Assembly: GCA_964446655.1 (NCBI GenBank)
Contig: CAYUPL010000003.1
Location: 54,477 to 118,476 of the forward strand
From: an uncultured Desulfopila sp.
Lineage (GTDB): Bacteria > Desulfobacterota > Desulfobulbia > Desulfobulbales > Desulfocapsaceae
Length of the DNA stretch: 64,000 nucleotides
Direction of reading: 5' to 3'
The notes under the pieces are model-generated. The model was not told where the DNA came from. It searched no databases and saw only the letters and a program-made list of their open reading frames with translations. Shown piece after piece: positions 1-8,770 of this stretch (the stretch's first letter is position 1; the number at the start of each line of letters is the position of its first letter). Made by a program: the position numbers and the translations under genes.

Positions 1-1
1 A

Positions 2-1162
2 CGCGTGGCCGCCTTCCAAAAAAATAATCCCCACATAGATATCATTAAATTGGGTATCGGCGACGTAACACGAGGACTTCCCCAGGCCTGTATCTCGGCA
101 TTTCATAAGGCAGTTGATGAAATGGCCGATGATTCCAGTTTTCGAGGCTATGGCCCTGAGCAGGGATATGAGTTCCTGCGTCAGGCAATTGCTGCAAATG
201 ATTTTCAGTCTCGAGGTGCTGCTATTTCAGCTGATGAAATTTTCATCAGTGACGGTGCTAAATGCGATACCGGCAACATTCAGGAACTCTTCACACAGGA
301 CATTGTGGTCGCTATTCCGGACCCTGTCTATCCAGTGTATCTTGATACAAATGTTATGGCCGGTCGTACCGGCAAAAATGAAAACGGCAGATATGGCGGT
401 ATTGTTTACCTGGACGCCACTAGGGAAAATGGGTTCGTTCCGCAACTACCGGCAACAAAAGTTGATTTAATTTATCTCTGTTTTCCAAACAACCCGACCG
501 GTTCAACTATCAGCAGAGAAGAGCTGAAAAAATGGGTTGATTTCGCCGCAGAAAACAAGGCACTTATTCTATACGATGCCGCTTACGAGGCATTTATCCG
601 TGACGAAACTCTGCCGCAATCAATTTTTGAAATTGAAGGTGCCGGAGAAGTTGCCATAGAGTTTCGAAGTTTTTCAAAAAGTGCCGGTTTTACAGGGACT
701 CGTTGCGCCTTTACCGTTGTCCCCAAAGAATGCAGAGCCTTCGATGCCGACGGCGGCATCCACTACCTTCATTCCCTGTGGAACAGACGGCAAAGCACCA
801 AATTCAATGGCGTATCTTACCCCGTTCAGCGAGCCGCTGAAGCTGTTTACAGCGAAGAAGGAAGAACACAGACAGCTGATTTAATTCGGTATTATCTTCG
901 CAATGCTGATCGGATATGTACAGAGATGGACTTGCTTGGGTATGACTATGTAGGGGGAAAAAATTCACCGTATATTTGGATTGACGGCAAAACAAAATCC
1001 TGGGATTTTTTTGACATGCTCCTCAACAAAGCAGGCGTTGTCTGTACTCCCGGAGCTGGTTTCGGCAGTTGCGGAGAGGGCTATATCCGTATATCAGCCT
1101 TTAACAGCTATGAAAATGTGGAACAAGCGATGAACAGGCTTCGACAGGTATTGAAGAAGTAG
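2..1162 (+). CDS. dapL: LL-diaminopimelate aminotransferase (DapL), 5' end cut by window edge
   Basis: Translation has DapL-type class I aminotransferase features ([31 protein letters not shown] with PLP lysine). The frame is open to the window start and roughly 25 N-terminal residues appear to be missing. Confidence 0.9.
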   Translation, partial: RVAAFQKNNPHIDIIKLGIGDVTRGLPQACISAFHKAVDEMADDSSFRGYGPEQGYEFLRQAIAANDFQSRGAAISADEIFISDGAKCDTGNIQELFTQDIVVAIPDPVYPVYLDTNVMAGRTGKNENGRYGGIVYLDATRENGFVPQLPATKVDLIYLCFPNNPTGSTISREELKKWVDFAAENKALILYDAAYEAFIRDETLPQSIFEIEGAGEVAIEFRSFSKSAGFTGTRCAFTVVPKECRAFDADGGIHYLHSLWNRRQSTKFNGVSYPVQRAAEAVYSEEGRTQTADLIRYYLRNADRICTEMDLLGYDYVGGKNSPYIWIDGKTKSWDFFDMLLNKAGVVCTPGAGFGSCGEGYIRISAFNSYENVEQAMNRLRQVLKK

Positions 1163-1228
1163 CTGATTGCAGCAGTTAATCACTGTAGCTGATTGTTGCA
1201 GGTGATTGCTGTAGTTGGTAATTGTAGC
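1159..1228. repeat. Degenerate 13-nt periodic / 26-nt tandem repeat in the dapL-ispH convergent spacer
   Basis: G[T/C]AG recurs at 1159, 1172, 1185, 1198, 1211 and 1224. The 26-nt units 1159-1184 and 1185-1210 match at 19/26, including an identical 11-nt head GTAGCTGATTG. Confidence 0.4.
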
Positions 1229-1251
1229 CCGTCCAGGCCTGCCCTCAACGG

Positions 1252-2181
1252 TTATTTGAGATCAGCAGGCCTGAAGTAAATCTTTTTTTCTTCCTCTTCC
1301 ATTTCTGCATAAGTAACCTGCCACCTCTCCTTTATCCATTCCACTACCCCCTTGACCAGCCTTTCGGGGGCGGAGGCACCAGCGGTTATTCCTATGACGG
1401 TATTGTTTGCAAACCATGCCTGGTCCAGATCGCTTTTATCGTCAATAAGATACGCCTGAACTCCCGCTTTGGCCGCAACTTCTCTCAATCTGTTCGAGTT
1501 GGAACTGTTTTTCGAACCAACAACCAGAACAATGTCTGATTGTTCTGCTAATCTTTTCACGGCAACTTGCCTGTTTTGGGTCGCATAGCACGTATTTGAA
1601 TGAGAACTGACGATTTGCGGGAACCGGCGTAATAAAATTTTACGAATATTGACAATATCATCCTGGCTTAAAGTCGTTTGGGTTACATAGGCGCATCTCT
1701 CCGGTTTTTCCAGATGAAGTCTTTCCGCCTCTTCTTCATTGGCGACAATATGGACATCATTATCAACTCTGCCTGCCGTACCTTCCACCTCGGGGTGGTT
1801 ATGGTGACCTATTATGATGATGTCAAACCCTTGTTTATTATAATTTTCAACAATTTTGTGAATAGATCCCACCAAAGGGCATGTCGCATCTATTGTCTTG
1901 AGGCCAAGCTTAACGGCTTGTCGTTCAATCTGACTGGACACCCCGTGAGCACTGAAAATACATATCTCACCTGACGGAATATCTTCCAGGCCTTCAACAA
2001 ATACAGCCCCCTGTTGCTTCAGATCACTAATAACATGCTTATTATGAACTATCTCATGGAGCACGTAAACTGGGGCCCCATATTTTTTTAACGTGTTTTG
2101 CACGGTTTCGATAGCTCGAACAACCCCTGCACAAAATCCTCGGGGCGATGCCACTATAATTTTTTTATCTGTGCTTTCCAT
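1252..2181 (-). CDS. ispH: 4-hydroxy-3-methylbut-2-enyl diphosphate reductase (IspH/LytB)
   Basis: SPRGFCAGVVRAIE, HEIVHN and CPLV motifs with conserved Cys ligands. The ORF-track start at 2196 is TTG; the first ATG (MESTDKKIIV) is at 2181. Confidence 0.92.
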   Translation of the reverse strand: MESTDKKIIVASPRGFCAGVVRAIETVQNTLKKYGAPVYVLHEIVHNKHVISDLKQQGAVFVEGLEDIPSGEICIFSAHGVSSQIERQAVKLGLKTIDATCPLVGSIHKIVENYNKQGFDIIIIGHHNHPEVEGTAGRVDNDVHIVANEEEAERLHLEKPERCAYVTQTTLSQDDIVNIRKILLRRFPQIVSSHSNTCYATQNRQVAVKRLAEQSDIVLVVGSKNSSNSNRLREVAAKAGVQAYLIDDKSDLDQAWFANNTVIGITAGASAPERLVKGVVEWIKERWQVTYAEMEEEEKKIYFRPADLK

Positions 2182-2327
2182 TTTGAATGATCGCAATTTT
2201 TAGATAATTTTAATGAAATATCCTATTTACAGCTTTTTGTTTTCATGCTATGCAAAAAAGTCGGGGTAGCAGCAAAGCACAATGAAGTGATGAAAATCTT
2301 GGAGCTTAAAGTTTTTTTATAGAGACA

Positions 2328-2939
2328 ATGCGATATTTATCAACGATTCAAGGAGTTTTCCTCGTGGCTTTTTTACTGTCGGGCTGTACGGCCGGTACGA
2401 GTAAGTATTATATGGTGAGCAACAACTCTCCTAGAATCAGCTCCCTTGGTTTTTACATTTCCCCGCCTCCTGGGGAAGACTGGTACGAAAAACATGCTGC
2501 GGACAGCCTTTTGTACTTCAAAAAAACCGCCGAGATTAATTATGCCCTTACCACAAAGGCGACAGAGGTTTTTTTCAAAGACGGCATGGATCACAGGCAG
2601 GAACTATTTCGTTACATAGAAAATCGAAAAAACGCTTTAGATACCCATGGGCGCCATCAAAACAGCAGTTTCAATTATTCTTTCGAGAAAATCGCTGCGG
2701 GCCTCTGTATTTCCTACCAGCACAGATATGATGATTATGATGAGGAAAAAAGGGGTCGCCATCCTTATATCAAAGTTTTCAATAAAGGTCTCGTATGCGC
2801 TCATCCCGATTCGCCTGAGTTTGGTATAGACATGCATTACCTGGAGCAGTCATTTCCGGAAGCGGATGTTACCTCTTATAGAAGTGAAGGCGAACAATTT
2901 CTCAGCAGTCTAAACTTTTATACACCGAAGAAACATTAA
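2328..2939 (+). CDS. Hypothetical lipoprotein
   Basis: Signal peptide ending in the lipobox LLSGC. No recognisable catalytic motif. Confidence 0.6.
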   Translation: MRYLSTIQGVFLVAFLLSGCTAGTSKYYMVSNNSPRISSLGFYISPPPGEDWYEKHAADSLLYFKKTAEINYALTTKATEVFFKDGMDHRQELFRYIENRKNALDTHGRHQNSSFNYSFEKIAAGLCISYQHRYDDYDEEKRGRHPYIKVFNKGLVCAHPDSPEFGIDMHYLEQSFPEADVTSYRSEGEQFLSSLNFYTPKKH

Positions 2940-3082
2940 CTGACTTGTAAAAGTTTCCCAACTCTTTGTTCAAGACCGCAGAGAAGTTTCCCCACGTCCT
3001 CACGCCGGCAGGTCCCTTTTGTCAACTGGATTTTTCGATTCATTGAAAAATATGTTAATCAGGCAAGGATTTTTATCCTGTT

Positions 3083-4672
3083 TCAACGAACTTCAATACC
3101 GGAATCTTTCATCGCACTTTTTACTTCTTCAATTGAAACTTCCCTACGATGAAAAATTCCCGCCGCTAATGCTGCTTCAACGTCTGTTTGTTGAAAAACA
3201 TCGACAAAATGTGACGAAGCTCCTGCTCCACTTGAAGCTATTACGGGAATGGATACCGCCTGACGAACATGAGATATCAATTCCAGATCGAAGCCGCTGT
3301 TGGTACCGTCCTTGTCTATACAATTAAGCAGGATTTCTCCGGCCCCCAGCGCTTCACAGCTCTGTACAAGTTCAATGACATCGATATTCCTTCCCTCTCT
3401 TCCACCTTTAATGGTGCACTGATACCAGCAGAACAGCTCTCCTTTGGGACCAGGGCTAGCAGTTTTTATGACATGTCGACCAGTGTCGCCAGGGTCATGG
3501 ATATACACCCGCCTGGGGTCGACAGAAATGACAACCGCCTGGGCACCATAAACCATGGAAATTTGTTCGATGGAGCTGGTCCCTGTTTTTACCCGGCCAT
3601 CAGCCAGATATTGTTCGGCAACATAGACAGCATCGCTGCCGATAGAAACCTTATCCGCACCCGATCTGAAATAAGCAGAAGCGACATCAAGGGCCGAATA
3701 GGAATTCCCCTCCATATCCGTAAACGCCTGAATACCACCACCAATGGTAAGTGGAACAAATACATTTTCGGAAGTTTTCTCAAGAACTTCAAGCATTGGC
3801 TGGTTCTTCATGGGAAAATCCCTGAAGCCGGTAATATTCAGGAAAGTGATTTCATCAGCGCCCTGCTCATAATACCGTTTTGCCAGTGCTACGGGCTTGC
3901 CGAGATTCCTCACCTGTCCCTTCTCACGAACATCATACTGATCCCCTTTGGTAACGACCAGATCGCCATTATCGTTTGTTCGCACATCAAGACAGGCGAT
4001 AACACGTTTTGCCATGATAGTATCTTGCCGAGCAAAATTCCCTGCGACACTCTCTCGACAATCGACATTCCCTTCCAGAAAATTCCGCAAGAGAGAAAGG
4101 CCCGGTGCACCACTTTTTTCAGGATGAAATTGAAGCGCCGCCACATTACCACGTTGGATCGCGGAAATAAATTCACATCCATAGGTAGATGTGGAAAGAA
4201 TCCAGGCTGTATTTTCTTCTAATATCTCACCATAGAAAGAGTGTACAAAATACAATTTTTCATTATTATAGCCATGGAAAAGAGAGGACTGTTTTTGCAG
4301 TGATATGCCGTTCCAGCCAATCTGAGGGACTGCCAGCTGCTTATCTTTAAATTTTCGTACCATTCCAGGAATCACGCCTAGACCGTTAACCCCAGGCGCC
4401 TCCTCGCTTCCCTCAAAAAGGGTCTGTAAAGCAACGCAAATGCCGAGTATGGGTCTATTTTCGTTGATTCTCTTGATAAGCGGCTCAATAAATCTTTTTT
4501 TTCCCAATCGCGACATGACCACGCCAAAGTTACCAACCCCCGGGAAAATTAGCTTTTCGGCGGTAATGATGTCCTCTGGTGAGGTAACATACTCAACTTC
4601 CCCACCGAGCATTCTAATCGCATTCCTGACGCTGCGGACATTTCCCGCGCCATAATCAAGCATTTTTATCAT
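3083..4672 (-). CDS. hisHF: Fused imidazole glycerol phosphate synthase (HisH glutaminase + HisF cyclase, HIS7-type)
   Basis: The N-terminal half is a GATase (MLDYGAGNVRSV, GICVALQ, LQFHPEKSG). The C-terminal half is HisF-like (ACLDVR, LTIGGGI, SVDPRR, NCIDKDGTNSG, SSGAG). The start was moved to MIKMLDYG because the track start at 4720 lies inside the hup terminator hairpin. Confidence 0.9.
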   Translation of the reverse strand: MIKMLDYGAGNVRSVRNAIRMLGGEVEYVTSPEDIITAEKLIFPGVGNFGVVMSRLGKKRFIEPLIKRINENRPILGICVALQTLFEGSEEAPGVNGLGVIPGMVRKFKDKQLAVPQIGWNGISLQKQSSLFHGYNNEKLYFVHSFYGEILEENTAWILSTSTYGCEFISAIQRGNVAALQFHPEKSGAPGLSLLRNFLEGNVDCRESVAGNFARQDTIMAKRVIACLDVRTNDNGDLVVTKGDQYDVREKGQVRNLGKPVALAKRYYEQGADEITFLNITGFRDFPMKNQPMLEVLEKTSENVFVPLTIGGGIQAFTDMEGNSYSALDVASAYFRSGADKVSIGSDAVYVAEQYLADGRVKTGTSSIEQISMVYGAQAVVISVDPRRVYIHDPGDTGRHVIKTASPGPKGELFCWYQCTIKGGREGRNIDVIELVQSCEALGAGEILLNCIDKDGTNSGFDLELISHVRQAVSIPVIASSGAGASSHFVDVFQQTDVEAALAAGIFHRREVSIEEVKSAMKDSGIEVR

Positions 4673-4709
4673 TTTTTCTACTGTATCATAAAGAAAACGG
4701 ATTAAACTG

Positions 4710-4741
4710 AAAAAGGTCATTCCTGAATGGAATGACCTTTT
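4710..4741 (-). terminator. Rho-independent (bidirectional-type) terminator downstream of hup
   Basis: A 9-bp stem GGTCATTCC (4715-4723) / GGAATGACC (4729-4737) with a 5-nt loop, flanked by A5 and T4. On the minus strand the stem is followed by TTTTT. Confidence 0.7.
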
Positions 4742-4919
4742 AGCTGACTTTCAAAACAAGCTTGAAGCCCGAATAGACATTTAAATTTTAACTGTTCAGA
4801 AATTTTTTATCTCGTATAAACGGTTTCACCTTCTTTTTCGCCTTCTTTCCTGTCAATTTCAATGAAGGCATCGGACTGTCAATTCAGTGACTTGTTGGAT
4901 ATTCACGAATGCCGAAGGC

Positions 4920-5192
4920 TTAGTTGATAGCTTCGGACAACTTGCTGCCAGCTTTGAATTTCGCTACCTTTTTTGCCGGTATTTTGATCGCAGAACCTGT
5001 CTGTGGATTTCTGCCGGTGCGCGCATCACGCTTAGACACGGAAAAGGTACCAAAACCGACAAGAGTAACCTTGTCACCTTTTTTCAGCGTCTCAGCAATT
5101 GCTGCCAGTGTTCCGTTCAATGCCTTTTCTGCAGCAGCTTTACTTATATCAGCGGCTCCTGCAATACTCTCAACCAATTCCTTCTTATTCAT
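4920..5192 (-). CDS. hup: HU family DNA-binding protein
   Basis: A 90-aa protein with [32 protein letters not shown] and KFKAG, the classic HU/IHF fold signature. Confidence 0.95.
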   Translation of the reverse strand: MNKKELVESIAGAADISKAAAEKALNGTLAAIAETLKKGDKVTLVGFGTFSVSKRDARTGRNPQTGSAIKIPAKKVAKFKAGSKLSEAIN

Positions 5193-5456
5193 GAATTCTC
5201 CTCCCTACTAAATCTTTCTAACTTAGCAACAGGCGTATTTGCGCTGTTCCCTTTCTCCTAGTGTCTGATGCTTTACTCAAACTACATCGAATTGTCAAAA
5301 GAAAAAAAGAGCTTTTCCCTTTTATCCAAAGAATTATCAAGCCACAACCCTTTATAATCAGGCTTTTAGGTCGAATCAATTTGACACCTTAATGTAATCA
5401 AGGCGCATAATCAAGAAATAATTTACGCAGTACACGTATCTCCTGCTATTCTTACG

Positions 5457-6248
5457 TTACGCTCTGCCCTGTATATTGAGTAAAACGGTATCAAAGCCAT
5501 GTGTCCTGCAAACCTCAATAATCTTTATCCTGTTGTGTTTGTGAGTAAATTTAACAAAGTCCTGCTGACGTAACTCTATCACCACTGTCGATCTGTCCGG
5601 CTTGGTTCTGCATCCTCTGAACCCCAATTTTTTTAAATCTGCTTCAAGTTTTTTGACCAGTATAAGGCTGTCACCGTCTAATCTTGGTAAAAAACTGAGT
5701 CGAGTAGCCAGACATGAGTTCGCTGAAAGATTGTAGTTCGGCAAACCAAGCCTTTTAGCAAGAAATCGGATTTCTTTTTTGCGGAATTGCATGTCCGCCA
5801 GCGGTGTTTTTATATCCAGCTCCTCCAGTACAGGTAAACCGGCTCTGTTTTCACTCAGATCATCAAAATTGGTTCCATCCAGTAACGTTTCAACACCAAT
5901 GTCATAGAGGTAGTTTTTAAAAATTGCGTAGGTCTTTTTTTTGCAGTAGTAACATCGTTTGGTATCATTATTTACAAATTCAGGCCAGTCCAAGGGATGC
6001 AGCTCTATTATCTTGAATTGAACGGATGAATGGAAGTGTGTCTGATAGAGCGTTTCAACCTCAGACTCATCATAGCTGAGCTGAGATCTGCCGTGCAGTG
6101 CAACCACATTACTTCTACCAAGAACTTCTCCTGCGGCCAGAAGCAGCAGAGAAGAATCGATTCCTCCGGAAAAGGCGACCCCAACCTTTTTATATGATCT
6201 GATCAAATGCTTCAAATCTTCATATTTTTGCAAGAGATTATCGCTCAT
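5457..6248 (-). CDS. PP-loop ATP pyrophosphatase, LarE-like sulfur transferase family (TIGR00268-type)
   Basis: SGGIDSS PP-loop, CYYC pair plus SCLATR cysteine motif as in LarE-type enzymes. Its ATG overlaps the stop of the upstream DUF39 gene (ATGA). Confidence 0.75.
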   Translation of the reverse strand: MSDNLLQKYEDLKHLIRSYKKVGVAFSGGIDSSLLLLAAGEVLGRSNVVALHGRSQLSYDESEVETLYQTHFHSSVQFKIIELHPLDWPEFVNNDTKRCYYCKKKTYAIFKNYLYDIGVETLLDGTNFDDLSENRAGLPVLEELDIKTPLADMQFRKKEIRFLAKRLGLPNYNLSANSCLATRLSFLPRLDGDSLILVKKLEADLKKLGFRGCRTKPDRSTVVIELRQQDFVKFTHKHNRIKIIEVCRTHGFDTVLLNIQGRA

Positions 6249-7414
6249 TTTTCTACAGGATGTGTAGTTGGCAAAGTTTCTGCCGGTCTGTTGATGAAAA
6301 ACCGGCCATCAATTATCCATCTTTTCAGGGACTCGGCAATTTCCCTGGCCTTCACCATTGACGATAGAGGCGCCGTCTGTACTTCCTTGCCATTAACGAC
6401 AATGGAGCCTGACTTGAGCTGATGATAGCTCACCTCGCCATAATCACGTGCAATGCCATTTGTGTAGTCGTAACCATAATCGACTACCTGGGTAAACAGT
6501 TCTTTATCGGAAACTCCTGTAAACATGGCCATATCAGTATCAAGAACAGGTATGGGAATGCCGAGTCCGACCGCCATGGTATTTCCATAGCCTAAGATAG
6601 AGATTCCTCTGAGCCAGTCAGCAGACATTTGCTTAAGATCACCTTGAACCATTATGGTTCCGGCCGGTTTTCGAGGAGCGCCGTTCGGTGTTCGTATTAC
6701 GTTTGGATTATGCTGTGTACCATGCCAGGTGACATACCCGATTCCTCCTCCTAGAAATATTCTCGTCCCTATGCCTATGGTTCGATAATATGGGTCGTTC
6801 AGAAGAGGACTCAATTCTCCAGAACTGCAGTAATTGGCATTCTGACATTTTCCCTTAAGCATTCCCATATAGGTGTAAACTGTTTTGTCGGAGAGATTTA
6901 TCGCACAATTATAGTTCTGGTAACCGTTGCGCGGATTACATAGCAACGCATTGGGTAGATCAGCTAAACCGATATATTTTTTCATCTTCCTGGCATTATA
7001 ACAGTCTGTTCCATATGCTTTTGCCTCGATAAAAATTCTCTCCCCACGCAACAAATCCTCAAGAACATGGCCGCCACCATATTTGAATTCCCCGGGATAA
7101 ATTTTATTAAGAGGATCGTCCTCACAAGGTTCCGTTACCCCGAGGAACGCGTCTACTGCTGCCAATCCTGCGTATGCCGGCACTTTATTGAACCACACCT
7201 TTGAGGTCTTGATAGTAGGAACCATCTGTCCTATGTTAATAAAGGCTCCTGAGGAACACATGGGAGCAAAAGTGCCGGTGGTGACCACATCGACTGAGTG
7301 GGCAGCCTGTTCTGCCCCTTGTGACTGTACTATTTCCACCATTTCTTCGGCAGTGACAACTACGGCTTCACCAGCCTTAATCTTCGCATTGATCTCTTCG
7401 TATGTTTTGGCCAT
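6245..7414 (-). CDS. DUF39 / COG1900 homocysteine-biosynthesis-type sulfur-incorporation enzyme
   Basis: KTYEEINAKIKAGEAVVVTAEEM and VDVVTTGTFAPMCSSGAFINIG are typical of COG1900 (MA1821-like). There is no fused CBS pair. The track start at 7441 is TTG; the first ATG is at 7414. Confidence 0.8.
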   Translation of the reverse strand: MAKTYEEINAKIKAGEAVVVTAEEMVEIVQSQGAEQAAHSVDVVTTGTFAPMCSSGAFINIGQMVPTIKTSKVWFNKVPAYAGLAAVDAFLGVTEPCEDDPLNKIYPGEFKYGGGHVLEDLLRGERIFIEAKAYGTDCYNARKMKKYIGLADLPNALLCNPRNGYQNYNCAINLSDKTVYTYMGMLKGKCQNANYCSSGELSPLLNDPYYRTIGIGTRIFLGGGIGYVTWHGTQHNPNVIRTPNGAPRKPAGTIMVQGDLKQMSADWLRGISILGYGNTMAVGLGIPIPVLDTDMAMFTGVSDKELFTQVVDYGYDYTNGIARDYGEVSYHQLKSGSIVVNGKEVQTAPLSSMVKAREIAESLKRWIIDGRFFINRPAETLPTTHPVEK

Positions 7415-7539
7415 ATTACCGTTCCAAATGTTGTTCAGCAAACTTTAAGTAGCTGTTTTTTGTTCATTTGCCCTGTTCTTTCACCGAGCAACTTACCCTA
7501 GCGTAACGTTTTTTCCAACTGATTCTATTTTTTTAGATC

Positions 7540-7568
7540 TTGACAGAGCATTTTCAATCCCCTAAGTT
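7540..7568 (+). promoter_or_regulatory. Putative sigma70 promoter for pheA
   Basis: TTGACA (7540-7545), 17-nt spacer, TAAGTT (7563-7568), about 55 nt upstream of the pheA ATG. Confidence 0.4.
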
Positions 7569-7621
7569 TTCTTTTCATCCATTCTATTATGGTTTTTTAA
7601 CCCCATTCTTCAAGGAATATC

Positions 7622-8722
7622 ATGACGGACTCACCCAAAGAGGGTATCACAAAAATACGGCGCAAAATTGACAGTATCGATAGTCAGATAGTCACGCTCC
7701 TCAAAGATAGGCTCTCTCTTGCCGGAGAAATCGGACGTCTTAAAGATGAAGGCAAAAGGGCAAAATGGGATCCCCTGCGAGAGCGCCGGATTTATGAAGA
7801 ACTCATCCGTCAGAATAAAGGCGTTTTTCCGGAGAAGTCTCTTCGCTCAATATTTCATGAAATCATCACAAGCTGCAGACTTTCGCAAAAAAGAGCCGCA
7901 GTGGCTTATCTTGGCCCGGAAGCAACCTTTACCCACCTGGCCGGTGTGAAATATTTAGGCCAATCCGCCGAGTATATGGCGATGGAGTCCATTGATGATG
8001 TTTTTGCTCATGTAGAAAAAGGGCGTACAACCTATGGAATCGTACCTGTAGAAAACTCCATAGAAGGGGCCGTCTTCTCAACTTTGGACTGCTTTACGAA
8101 ATATAATGTGAAGATCTGTGGGGAAGTCAGACTCTCCATCAGCCATAATCTTGTTTGCAGGTCCGGTGATCTTGAAGATATACAGACTGTCGCATCGCAC
8201 GCCCAACCTCTGGAACAATGTAGAGAATGGTTGAGAAAGAATCTGCCTTCAATACCCACCCTACCGGTTTTTTCCACAGGCGCTGCAGCACAAATGGCAG
8301 CAAACAATCCTAATATTGGCGCAATTGCATCTTCACTTGCCATAAAAACGTATGAACTCCAGGTTGTGGTCCAAGGCATTGAGGATTACAGCGGCAACAC
8401 TACCAGATTTCTGGTGATAGCAGAGAACTCTCCGGCCCCCAGCGGGGTCGATCGAACCTCACTCCTCCTGGGGCTGCTGGACAGGCCTGGAGCGCTTAAC
8501 GAAATCCTGACGGTTTTGTCTGAAGAAAATGTCAACCTTGCCAAAATCGAATCACGCCCGGTAAAGGGAAAACTCTGGAAACATCAGTTTTTTATAGACA
8601 TAATCGGCCATATAGAAGATGACTCTATTAAAACCAGTTGTGAAAAGCTGCGCCGGCACTGTGCGTACTTTGCATGGCTCGGTTCTTATCCCTGTGCTGA
8701 TGAATCATCTTCTGATGTATGA
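7622..8722 (+). CDS. pheA: Bifunctional chorismate mutase / prephenate dehydratase (P-protein)
   Basis: N-terminal CM_2 helix region (IRRKIDSIDSQIVTLL), a PDT domain (AYLGPEATFTH, VPVENSIEG) and a C-terminal ACT domain (ESRP). Confidence 0.93.
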   Translation: MTDSPKEGITKIRRKIDSIDSQIVTLLKDRLSLAGEIGRLKDEGKRAKWDPLRERRIYEELIRQNKGVFPEKSLRSIFHEIITSCRLSQKRAAVAYLGPEATFTHLAGVKYLGQSAEYMAMESIDDVFAHVEKGRTTYGIVPVENSIEGAVFSTLDCFTKYNVKICGEVRLSISHNLVCRSGDLEDIQTVASHAQPLEQCREWLRKNLPSIPTLPVFSTGAAAQMAANNPNIGAIASSLAIKTYELQVVVQGIEDYSGNTTRFLVIAENSPAPSGVDRTSLLLGLLDRPGALNEILTVLSEENVNLAKIESRPVKGKLWKHQFFIDIIGHIEDDSIKTSCEKLRRHCAYFAWLGSYPCADESSSDV

Positions 8723-8770
8723 CACACAGATTGGAGATTTTGGATATCATCAGGACCCTTAGTATACTCT

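Noticed and set aside
3269-4222. 317-aa plus-strand ORF
   Set aside because: It is entirely antisense to the strongly supported hisHF gene. The translation has low complexity and no recognisable motif, so it is a typical shadow ORF.
4673-4720. 16-codon N-terminal extension of hisHF (track start at 4720)
   Set aside because: The start codon would sit inside the 9-bp-stem terminator hairpin of hup (4715-4737). HisH homologues begin near MIKMLDYG.
5378-5390. 13-nt identity (AATTTGACACCTT) with the rpsF promoter -35 region at 28961-28973
   Set aside because: Tens of 13-mer repeats are expected by chance in this window. At 5378 the motif has no well-spaced -10 element and would drive transcription antisense into the LarE-like gene.
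7588-7599. Mini-ORF ATG GTT TTT TAA upstream of pheA as a possible Phe-sensing leader peptide
   Set aside because: It has only a single Phe codon and no associated alternative terminator/antiterminator hairpins, so it is indistinguishable from chance.
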